From Aureliella sp. (lineage in GTDB: Bacteria; Planctomycetota; Planctomycetia; Pirellulales; Pirellulaceae): a stretch of 64,000 bases of DNA. The position numbers and the translations under genes were made by a program. Positions 18,276 to 29,200 of this stretch are shown one piece after another. Under the pieces are notes generated by a model. The model had not been told where the DNA came from, did not search any database, and saw nothing but the letters and a program-made list of their open reading frames with translations. Each line of letters starts with the position of its first letter. Position 1 is the stretch's first letter. The DNA is taken from positions 4,448,001 to 4,512,000 of the forward strand of contig OY829846.1 of NCBI GenBank assembly GCA_963691875.1, read 5' to 3'.

Positions 18276-19499
18276 TCAGTGATTGGCCGTGTCTCTGCCT
18301 ACTTCGATTTGATTCAACTTTCTTAGAATCTCTTCGGCGTTGCAAATCCAATTTCGCCTAGTTTCCACTAGTTTCCGTGCGTTTTCACCAAGCCGAATAC
18401 AAAGCAAGTCATCATCAAGGCATTTCTCAAGGCAAATCCGAAGTTCTGCTTCATTCGCTGGAGTGAAAAGCAGGCCGCTCACTTCGTCCTCTAGCAGGTC
18501 GCGAATATTGGGCATATCAGGAGCGATCACGGCAACTCCCATCGCCATATACTCCAGGATCTTCATCGGGCTCGCATAGAAAGTAGCCTTTGGGCTGACC
18601 GCAACATCCATTAACCCCACATAATTGGCGACTTGATGGTGGGAAACACGGCCCGTGATCGTAACCCTGTCCTGAATATTCAGCCGCTTCACAAGCGCTT
18701 TAATGTTGGATTCGCTGGGGCCATCTCCAACAAGCAAAAGATGTACTGAATTTGTGTTCAGTTTGGAAAAGGCGCGGCAGAGCATTTCGACGTCATGCCA
18801 CTCTCTGAGGATCCCCGTAAAGCCGACCACTCTGTGTCCGTCAGCAATGCCTAGTTGTTCCCTTAGGTTTCTCGAATCAGTTTCGATTCTCGATTTGCAG
18901 GTGAAGGTGTCTGGGTTGGCTCCGTTGGGCAATACCGAGATTTTGTTCGACTCGACTTGGTATTCTGCCACCAGATAATCTCTAAGCGGAGTAGAAACCG
19001 CGAAAACATGGTTGGACTCACGGCATAGTGTTCCTTCGCGTGTCGAAGCCATGTCGGAGAACACAAGCCCACGGTCGTGGTTACTTCGCTCGTAAGCCAT
19101 CGGCGAGTTGACCTCCAAAAAAATTGGAGTCCCTGACTGTTTTGCGGCTCGTAAGGCGGCATCACAAAAAGTGTTGTAGCGATCGTAAATCAAGTCAGGC
19201 TTAAATTCGTCAATGGCTTTTCGAAGGCGACGGATAGCGAGGACGTTGTAGCCAAGCTCTGCCAATTCATACCCAATCCTTGGCACCCAATGTTTCACTC
19301 GATGAAGGAAGCCTGGTTGCTTGGCTTGGCCACTTACAGGCTTCGTTTCTTGTGATTCTCCGACCGGTGAGACGACGAGCACTTCATGTCCGAGTTCTCG
19401 GAAAGCCGCGACCATTTCGCGGATATGGATTCCCTCAGCCCCGTCAGCCAAAGTACGGTGGTGGTAGAGAATCCGCAGTCTGTCCTTCGAATCCATCAT
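18276..19499 (-). CDS. glycosyltransferase family 4
   Basis: LEVNSP, VLPNGA, GFTG.LREWH, LLLVGDGP and SPMKILEYMAMG..VIAP (GT-B fold). Confidence 0.92.
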   Translation of the reverse strand: MMDSKDRLRILYHHRTLADGAEGIHIREMVAAFRELGHEVLVVSPVGESQETKPVSGQAKQPGFLHRVKHWVPRIGYELAELGYNVLAIRRLRKAIDEFKPDLIYDRYNTFCDAALRAAKQSGTPIFLEVNSPMAYERSNHDRGLVFSDMASTREGTLCRESNHVFAVSTPLRDYLVAEYQVESNKISVLPNGANPDTFTCKSRIETDSRNLREQLGIADGHRVVGFTGILREWHDVEMLCRAFSKLNTNSVHLLLVGDGPSESNIKALVKRLNIQDRVTITGRVSHHQVANYVGLMDVAVSPKATFYASPMKILEYMAMGVAVIAPDMPNIRDLLEDEVSGLLFTPANEAELRICLEKCLDDDLLCIRLGENARKLVETRRNWICNAEEILRKLNQIEVGRDTANH

Positions 19500-19504
19500 G
19501 GTGT

Positions 19505-20205
19505 CTAAAAGAGGTCCGAAGAAACGTCGCGCAGAGTGGCTACGAGCAGCTCAACTCCTTGCAGCGTATTGTACATTCCGAAGCTAGCTCGCACCGTGGG
19601 GCGCTGACCAAGATTGTGATGTGCCAGCTCAGCGCAGTGGAAGCCACTACGAAGGCAGAGGTTGCCGCGGTTGGTGAGAATGCGTGCTACAGAGTGTGCT
19701 TCCATGCCTTCGACGCGAAAAGAAACAATAGATGTCCTGTCATCCTGGTCGCCAATTGAATTTACTTTGGGAACGTCGGCTAAGCTCTCGAAGAGTGCAA
19801 AACTAAGCTCTTGCTCATGCTTGTGAATTTCATCCTTTCCGATCTCGTCCACGAATTTACAAGTTGCGGCCAATCCAGTGACTCCCTCAAAGGCAGGCGT
19901 ACCTGCATCTAAACGCATTGGTAGTTCTGCGAGCTCAATGTTCGATTCGCTATCACCATACAGCCACCGAGCAGTTGAGGCCTGAGTTGTTCCAGCAATT
20001 CTCGTTTCGCAAACGGCACTCCAGCGGCATCTGGGCCACCAAGTTTATGGCCTGAAAAGCACAGGTATTCACAATCCAATTCTCGCACGTCGAGGCGCTC
20101 ATTTGCTGTCGATTGATTTGCGTCAAGGAGCACTTTCGCTTGCTACTTCACGTAGGCACTAACATGAGTGGCAGGCCCAATCGCTGCATTCAATCGCTGC
20201 ATTGA
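19505..20205 (-). pseudogene. truncated and frameshifted SufS/CsdA-like cysteine desulfurase (PLP class V)
   Basis: Fragments AAIGPATHVS..*..KVLLDANQS, FSGHKLGGP (PLP lysine) and LGGCM, then a frameshift to DAGTP..., LRSGFHCA and VRASFGMYNT. N-terminal part is missing. Confidence 0.85.
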
Positions 20206-20247
20206 GTCACCATAGGCACGACTTGAGGTGCTCATTTTGGCAAGTTT

Positions 20248-23200
20248 CTACCAGGGGCGATCAATGTCAGAATCGCCTTGAGTAACGAGCCATCTATCTG
20301 GTTCTAATAAGTCTGCGTTCTTTTCCTTGCCGGTTGCGACAAGGAGGTGTCTTGTCGGTTCGCGCCGAAGAAATCCGCAGTTCTCAAGTGCTTGTTGGAT
20401 GGGCGTATTGATAATATGCATCACGACCGCATGAGCTTCTTTGTCTCGGCAATAGGCTAGAACAGTCTGAATCGCTACATGACAAGTCGAGAGGTCCGTC
20501 GAGGTAACTAGGTCGACAAGATAAGCCCTTCGATAGCCATATGCTCTATCCGGTTCTGCAAACAGCAAAGCTGCAGTAGCGATGAGTTTGCCGTCTACAG
20601 TGATATCAATGCAGCGGTACTCTTGCCCTGGTTGTTCAATGTATTTCCAGTTCAAGAAAGACGCATCACGCACAGTTGCGTTGCCGTAGCAGGAAGCGAC
20701 CCTTTCCCAAAGTTGGTCATGTTTCTCGTCAAATTCCACTACTTCCGAAACGGTCCCAGAAGGGCTGGTATTCGCTTGCATCCATCGTCTTGCATTGGAG
20801 CGCAGCTTCAGCCATGCGGAGGCGACTGGAGTCAGAACACCAGGAAGCTTTCCTTTGAGAACCCGACCCGGATGAATCGGGTACATGTAGGTTTGCAAGG
20901 GCGCAACATTGTGCCAGCCGAGTTTCTCCAAAATCGCGCGCATCTCAGCAGACTGACCAAGGGACAAGTTTAGTGGCATGTCTTCCAGCGACTGCATGAC
21001 CAGCCGAGTTCCAACGCCATGAGATCGATGCGATTCTTGTACCATCGTTTCGACAAACCACGCCGTGGAAACTTCTTGGTCGCCCATCTTGAATCGGACG
21101 AATTGAGCTCCATGGTGGCCGACGATTTCTTCTTCGTCTCTGTACAGCCAGACTCGCGGCTCAGAGTTGATTCGCTTCGCTGACTCCAAATACATCCATT
21201 TCCATCGAGGTTCTATCCAGTCTTTTCTGCGGTGTGGCCAAGCCCTTTGGACAAACTCGAACAGCTTCTGCTCAATATCACTCTTATACCCGATGATTTC
21301 TGAAACTTCCGGTTCAGGTATTTCGCCAGCCAGGGCGTCAGCTAATGCATCAAGATGAGGGTACTCCAAGACTCTTGGAGCCTTTGTGAGTCCTAACTGA
21401 TCCCGAACCCGATTGGCGAACTCAACGGAGCCTAAAGAATCAAGTCCTAGGTCGGCAGGGGCGGTTTGGGATGTATGTTCATCCGTAGGCTTGCGAAGCA
21501 TCTCCCCAAGTTCTTTGCACAGTAAATCGCTCAGAACTCTCTTGCGTTCTAAAGCGTCGACGGATTCTAGAGTGGAGCCCCATGCCGAGGTTTCGTTGGC
21601 GGGCGCCGTTGCCTCTCTGTCGAGCTGGATTTGAGGTAGGATTGCCTCGGCAATTCCATGTATCGAAGGATTTCGGAGTAGTTTGCTTGTGCCTGAGATT
21701 CCTGCCAGGGCTCGCAGTCGAGTTGTCAACTCGGCCGAAGTCAACGAATCCAAGCCAATATCAAACAGGCTTTTGGAAGTATCGATTCCGCTCGGATCAG
21801 AAATACGTAGGAGCCTTGCCACCTCGCCGCGAATCGCATCCTCCAGAATCTGACTTCGCAATTCAACTGCTTGCGATCTAAGTAGCTCAACCCATTCGGC
21901 ATTGCTGCTTGACTTGGCCGCATGCTGATTAGGCGTCGTCCCACCAAGTTTTTCAAGCAAGGGCTTGGGGCGTCGCGATTCGAAGATGGGGCGAAACTGA
22001 TTCCAATCGACATCTGCAATGACAGTCTGGGATGCGGCGGCATGAATCAGCTGAGACATTGTGTCGAGCGTGTCGTGTGGATCTAAGCCGAAGTTTCCGA
22101 TGCGTTCTAGTTCAGCAAGTGATGCGTCGTCTGCCATCCCTCCGCCGGCCCACGGACCAAAGTTGAGGCTAATCGCCCGCAGTCCAGGACTATTCTGAGC
22201 GTGAGCAAGAGCGTCGAGGAAAGAATTGGCCGCGGCGTAAGAAGCTCGGTGAATCGAGCCCCAGATTGCAGAGATTGAAGAGAAGTAAACAACAAGCTTC
22301 AGTTTGTCAGCATCGCATTTGTCACTGAGAAGCTGTGCGCCTCGAACTTTCGCCGAGAGTATTGATTCGATATCCTCCGGGGTGGATTCGGCGAGTGTTT
22401 GAACCTTGTCGATGCCAGCAGCGTGAAAGACGGCGACAATCGATTCACTAGCTGTCGATACACAAAGGTCTACACCGGATGCGGTGCTCACATCAGCGGC
22501 AACAATGTCGACTGTGGTGCCTGATTCCTCGATGCTCGAGATGAACTTCTTCGCCGTTTCTGATGGCTGCCCCGATCTGCTCGCAAGGACCAGACTTTGG
22601 GCTCCCAAGTCCGAAAGCCACTGGGCTATTCTCAGTCCCAAACCTCCGAGTCCTCCTGTGATCAGAATACTGCCTTCGGCGAGGTCCAGGTCCTGCAGCC
22701 AGTCGCCTGGGTTCGGGGCAAGCTCTTTCTCTACAAGTCGCGGTACAAACCGTGTAGCCGCTCGGAGTGCGATCTGGTCTTCATTGGACGGGAATCGAAT
22801 CTCCTGGATGCAGGAACCTATCTGCTGGGGAAGGTCTTCGACATCAACGATCCCGCCCCACCAGTCGCTGTGTTCTAACACTCCTACTCTCGAGAGTCCC
22901 CAAAGACTGGCAGATTGAGGATCTGGAGTTGTACCGGAGGCGGGGACTGCGTTTTCAGTCAGCAACCAAAGCTTCGCTTTACTCTCCGAGACGATAATGG
23001 ACTGCACGAGCTGTGTCGCAGCTTTGACGGCTTGGATATTGCTTTCTGCAACCGAAAGTTCTTCCCTGGACAAAGACGCAAAAACGATTCGGTCAAAACC
23101 TTCAGCAACTAGCTCATCGAGCTGTTTTTGTGAGTTGCAAACAGCGTACTTTGACGAATTCTGCTGGATATTGTGATCATCTGTCTCTATCAGAGCGAAT

Positions 23201-26200
23201 CTCGCTCGAATCGATTGCGAAGCAAGTAGGCCTTCTAATCGGTTAAGAGTCGGAGCATTGTTGGCAAGTATCAGCCAACTCAATTCCTCTAGAGCGTCAG
23301 CTACCGCCGACGTTGCTTTTTCAATCCACTCTATTTCGTAGCACTTGTTCGCCTGGCGCGCCTTCGCTGGGAGTGGAGCTGAGTCTCCGGAGTATCCTTC
23401 TAGCTCTTCAATCCAAACTCGCTGCTTCGCGAATCGATAGCCTGGCACGGAAACTCGCTGTCGTTGATACGGTTTGTCGTATTCCTTCCAGTCAATGTCG
23501 ACCCCCGATGCATAAAGGCGACCGACGCTTTCGGAGATGATTGACCAGTCTTTCTGGCCCCGGCGGGCGCTTGGTAACCACCCGGCGATAGAGTCAGGCA
23601 GGCAACCTCTGCCCATAGCGAGCATCACAGGGTGCGGGCCGATCTCGACGAACTGGTTGATTCCAAGTGCGTCGATTGTTTCCATAGCATCGAGAAAAAG
23701 GACAGGATTACGTGCTTGCTGGAGCCAATACTCCGGCGATGACATCTCTTCCTCAACTTCTTTGCCCGTTGCGGAACTAATGATCTTTTGCGTTGGAGTA
23801 CCCAAGTCGAGTCGGTCCAATACTTTTGCGAAGTCATCCAGCATTGGATCCATCAGGTCTGAATGAAAAGCATGGGATACTGACAGAGTCGTCGTCTTTA
23901 CTTCTTTCTTCTGAAAATGCTCAGCGAGCCTTTCGACCTGCATCTGGGCGCCTGAAACGACCGTTTGTTTGGGGCCATTAATTGCCGCGATCGAAACCTT
24001 CGTTCTCAGCTCAGCAATCGCGGATTCTGCTTGCTCACGCGTACAAGCTAGCGAGCACATGGCACCCCCGGATGGAAGTGCTTGCATCAACTGCCCACGC
24101 GCAGCTACTAGTCTGAGAGCATCTTCCAAAGAGCATCCACCGGCAGTGCAATAGGCGGCTACTTCACCAATGCTGTGTCCCATAGAGACGTCTGGCCGAA
24201 CGCCCCAAGAAGACCAGAGTTCGAATAGCGAATATTGAATGGTGAAAAGGGCGGGTTGAGTGAATCCTGTCTGATGGATCTCATGTTCGCGATCATCGAG
24301 CGCACCTGAGAAAATGACACTTTCAATTGGCTTCGGAAGCAGCTCTGCTAAAGGCTTTGCACAGCGATCAAATGCCTGACGAAATACCGAGTTCGTGGTG
24401 TAGAGATTGCCCAGCATCGTTGGATATTGAGCTCCCTGTCCAGTGAACAAAAAGCCGAGCTGTGGAAATTCGTTGGCCTGATCGGATTCTTTGGTTGACT
24501 GCCGAATAGGAGTGAGTTGCAGCGAGCCAGCTGAATAGTCTGCAACTACACATCCTCGCAGGCTATGGTGATTGCGCCCAATGTTTGCACTGAAGCAGCT
24601 GTTTGCCGCATGCGTTTCATCGGCGGCGAGAAACTGTGTCCAGGCTTCTTCCTGTCGCGCGAGACCCGATTCTGTGTTGGAGGAAAGGGCGACCACATGC
24701 GAGGATCTCTCCTCGGTGAATTGCTCATTGGAAGTGTCTCGCTCAGCCGCAATGTTGGGAGCTTCTTCCAAGATGACATGCACGTTAGTACCGCCAACTC
24801 CAAATGAGTTTACGCCTGCTCGGCGAGGGGTATCGACCACTGCTCCCGATCGAGTTGCAGCAAGTTTCTCCCAGGGACTGGTCTCTGACTGGACGCGAAA
24901 TGGCAATTGGCTGAACGGAATCTGCGGATTCGGCGCTGGCGATGTAATACTTGGAACGAGCGTCTTCTGGTGCAGTTGCAACGCCGCCTTGGCAACACCC
25001 ATCAGACCAGCGCCTGCCTCCAAGTGTCCGACATTGGGTTTTATCGATCCGATTGCACAATCAGGTTGAATTTTGAGGTCGCTATCCTGGAGAGCCGCAT
25101 CACAGTACGCCATCTCAAGCCCGCGCACTTCGATCGGGTCGCCGAGTTCGGTACCAGTTCCGTGAGTCTCGATGTAAGAGATGGTTCTGGGATCGACAGC
25201 CGCATCTTCTAGAGCAGCTCGGGCAGCAACCGATTGAGCTACGGGATTGGGTGCGGTAAATCCAACTGATCCGGCACCAGAACTGATTCCGGTGCCTTTA
25301 ATTACCGAATAGATTCGATCACCGCGCTCGATCGCATCGCTCAAAGATCGAATTGCAAGTGTAACTGCGCCTTCGCCAAGTACCGTTCCGTCAGCGTTGT
25401 CACCAAACGGGACGCAAGTTCCGCTTGGTGAAAGAATTCCAAGTCGCCCCAGTTGAGCGAGACGGTTCGGGTCGATGATAAGATTTACACCGCCCACTAG
25501 AGCAACCTTGCAGTCTCCGCGGCGCAACGAATTGCAGGCGTAGTGAAGGGCGGTGGCAGAAGAAGAACAAGCGGTGTCAATGGATAGACTAGGTCCAGAC
25601 GCTCCTATGATCTGTGAAAGCCGGTTGGCGAGGCTAAAGCCTTCCCAACACCGATAGACTCCTCCTGTTTGAGTGGCAATCGCATTCGCAAAACGGGCGT
25701 AACCTGAATACATGACTCCAACGAAAACACCGACGCTCGCATCGAATTCTAATCCACTAGCACCAGCGTCTTCCAAGGCCCGCCAACCAGATTGAACGAG
25801 CAAACGCAGTTGTGGATCGAGATACTCCGCTTCTCGCGGCGAAATACCAAAGAACTCAGCATCGAACTCTGCCGCATCATCGATGAGCCCAGCAAAATGA
25901 GGGCGGTCGTCTTTAAGAGAACCGACGAAACTCTCACGCGTTCCCGGTACTTGGCGAATTGCACTGTCGCCTTCTGCCAGCAGGTCCCAGAGCTGCTGCG
26001 TCGAGTCGCCTGCAGCGCAATGGACATCGATGCCGACAATCGCAATGTCCGTTGTCGCGTCTGCTTGCGTTGCTCTGACAGTTGGAGCGTGACCGCTGGA
26101 AGTCTGGCTAGAAAGGTTTGCTATTTGTTCAATAATGTCCGAGATACTTCTGTGCTCGAACAACAGTGTCTTGGGGAGCCACGCAAATCGTTTTGTCAGT

Positions 26201-29200
26201 TGAATCGTGATCTCAACGATGCGAAGTGAGTCACATCCAAGGGCGTCGAGGCGATCCTTCTTTTGGATTACCTCAGGAGTGAGTTTTAGCTTTTCCGCGA
26301 ACGCTGAAACTACAATCTGCTCGACTTGCTCCCGATCCTCTGCTTCGGGTATCGCAACCCCAGTCCCTGCGTAGCCCTCGTCTCCGCAGTAGGCAAGCAT
26401 GTCGCTATAACTGGCCAGCCGCGCCCGAATGTGAGCTATTTGTTGCTCTCGTTCGCGCGGAGAGGGACCTTGCTCTCGCGATTCCGACTTCTTGGTTGCA
26501 ACTGGCTCTTTCGATTCAGTTGGAGCATCTGACTTAGAAGGTTCTATTTCAACCTGCAGCTTGAATTCAGAAAGATTTTCTGCGGCAATCTCTCGAATGA
26601 GAGTTTTCGTCGAACAGGGGAGTTCTTCGCTGCAGATCTTGCCTAAGAACATCCGAGCAGGCGTATTTCGCTCAGTCGGACTATGCTTCCAACGAACAAG
26701 GGCAAGACTTTGCTCTTTAGCGAATTTGCCCAATTCAGATGCCATGCGATGTTCGACACCCCGACCGAGTACGCGGCAGCTGAGTAAGAATGTATCGACC
26801 TCTAGTGCATCAGAATCGACGCGTCCGATCATGAATCCGACGAGACCATAGTCTCCAAAGCGGTCGCTAACACGCATCGTGTAGCAAGCGAAGGCCTCGT
26901 CATGCATCAGCTCTTTGAGCTCTGCCTCAGTGCGACGAATCGTGGTGAAATTGAACTGGTTGGTCCGCATCGTCAATTGCGATGCACGCGGCAAGTCCTC
27001 CTCGCTAAGTTCACGCAGATCGGTGTCCAACTCAAGCGAATCAATGAATTCTTGGAAGCTTCCAGCGGACTGTCGCGATTGTTGCCGCTGAAATTCTTCT
27101 TTGTACCGCTGGGTACGTTTCTTGTCTTCGGCCGTGCTAGCGTGCGGGTCGAGTTCCCAAAGGTGGTCAAAGAGATTCCCGGCGTCCGTTTCATCCTGTG
27201 GCCATTGGAGAGTTAGAACTTCAGGGCAGCCGCTGCGGACCTCAGCGCATTCCACTGGATTGTCATCCAGGAAGACAAAACTATCCAACCCTAGATTTAG
27301 ATCTGCTGCTAGCTGCCGAATGTTTTGACTTTTCGGCAGCCAGTTTATTGCTGCCGCCACAATTGTCTGACGGTCTAGTCCAAAATCCTCTCGGGCTTCG
27401 AAGGCAGACCAAACGTCGGCTTCTTCATTTTTCGAGCACAGGCAGATCAGAACCCCACACCCGGCGAGCTCAGTGAGTCGCTGATGGAGCCGATGTTGAA
27501 CGCTGGAAAACTGTAGGCCTTCAGGTCCGACTTCGCCTACGACTCCCGTCCACAGTGTATTGTCGCAATCCAGCACAACGACTTTTATCGGTGCAGCAAG
27601 CCGCCGATGAAAGTGTCTGACTATAAGCGTACTCAAGAAGAAGTAATACGCATTTTGAAAGGGGATGTGAGCAATGTCTTCACGAAGTGCGTCAAAGATG
27701 CCATCTTCGTCTACTGCATAAAGTTTGTGTTGTTTACTTGCGATTTGAATCTGCAGCCCGGGTACATCCAGGAGCTCACCATGAAGCTCGTTCTCGACTT
27801 GCTGTATCTGGGAAGAAGTGAGTTCTTCGGTCGAAGACGAAGGGCATAAAAGCAGCAGTGTTGGAGAAGCGGCATGGGAACGGTGAGTCTTCAGCGCGTG
27901 GATGTGTTCTTGGGTTGTCTCATCGAGCCAATTGGCAAGGTTGCCTGGCTCCAGCTGTTCAGCTGGCATCTCTCGTAACCAATCAGACACACGTAAGAGA
28001 ATGACGGAGCCATTTTTGCTGGTTGAAAGCTGACTACTTGGATCTAGTGCTTGCTGGAGAATCTGCGCGTAGGGTGTTTGCGCAACAGCTAAGTTTGCAT
28101 CGAGTTCGTTTGACCAATCTTTAAAACAGTCTGTGAAGGGATCGATGGTAAAACTGCTGCAAAGTACGATCTCTAAATCAGGGTCTCCAAGCTGGATTCT
28201 TGCCTGCGGAGCGTCCTCTGGGAATTCATCGATAGTCTCTAAGTTGGAATAGCTGGCTGTACCGATGCTTTGAACGATACGCAATGCAGCAGCTTGTGTT
28301 GGAATGGCCCCCATGGCACTAGTCGGAGTGTCATTCCAGGTCGTCTGAAGCTTGGGAGGACGAGCTATGATAAACTTTGTCGCCCGATGCTCTTGAGCAG
28401 CCGTTTTGAGTGAGGCCTCCAAAGCGTTTTTCACTGAGATGTAGTCGGAGAATCCAGCCGGTGTTTCTTTAACAAAAGAAGATGAAATTCCGACCACGTT
28501 GCCTTCGCTGGATGCGATCAATGGCAGGAAGGTAATAAGTGGTGTTTGCGCGAGGGCTATGTTCTGCGCGATGTACTCGATGGAGGCGGCAGCTGTATTG
28601 GATTGCAATTCAGCTGGAATAGGTGGAGCGCAGGCATTGAGAACCAGGTAGTCGAGCTTGCCGTGTTTTTCATGGAGCATTTCCTTGGTGTCCGAGCACC
28701 ACTGAGCGTTCCCGACATCACCTGCAAGGATTTCAGCATTACCACCGTGCTCTTGTATGCTTTCGGCGAGTGCTTGGACCGCCTCGTTCGGGTTCCTGCA
28801 AGCTAGGTAAACGTGGCATTTCGCTGCACCTAATGCAGCGGCTATCTCAGCGCCAAGTCCTCGGCTCGCTCCGCAAACGAGTGCCACTTTTTCAGAGAAG
28901 TCCTGCGATACATGTCCCGAATAAGTACTCGGCTCCGCAGTTGACTGCCGAAAACGAACATAGCTCTGCATCGTCGCGTTGGCGACAGGCTGGCCGTCGA
29001 GGGTTGCAATCTCCAGGCGAGTTTCAAGAATACGAAAGTGCGGGTCATAGCTTTGCGGCACGAGGCGATACGCCAAACGATCGGAGAATTCGGTCTGGGC
29101 TGCAACTGATCCAAACTCGATCCGTAGCTTCGTAAATAGAGAAGACAGTCCCGGCACTTTCATCCCAACGATGAAACTGCAAAGTGCAAGGACTTGCTCC

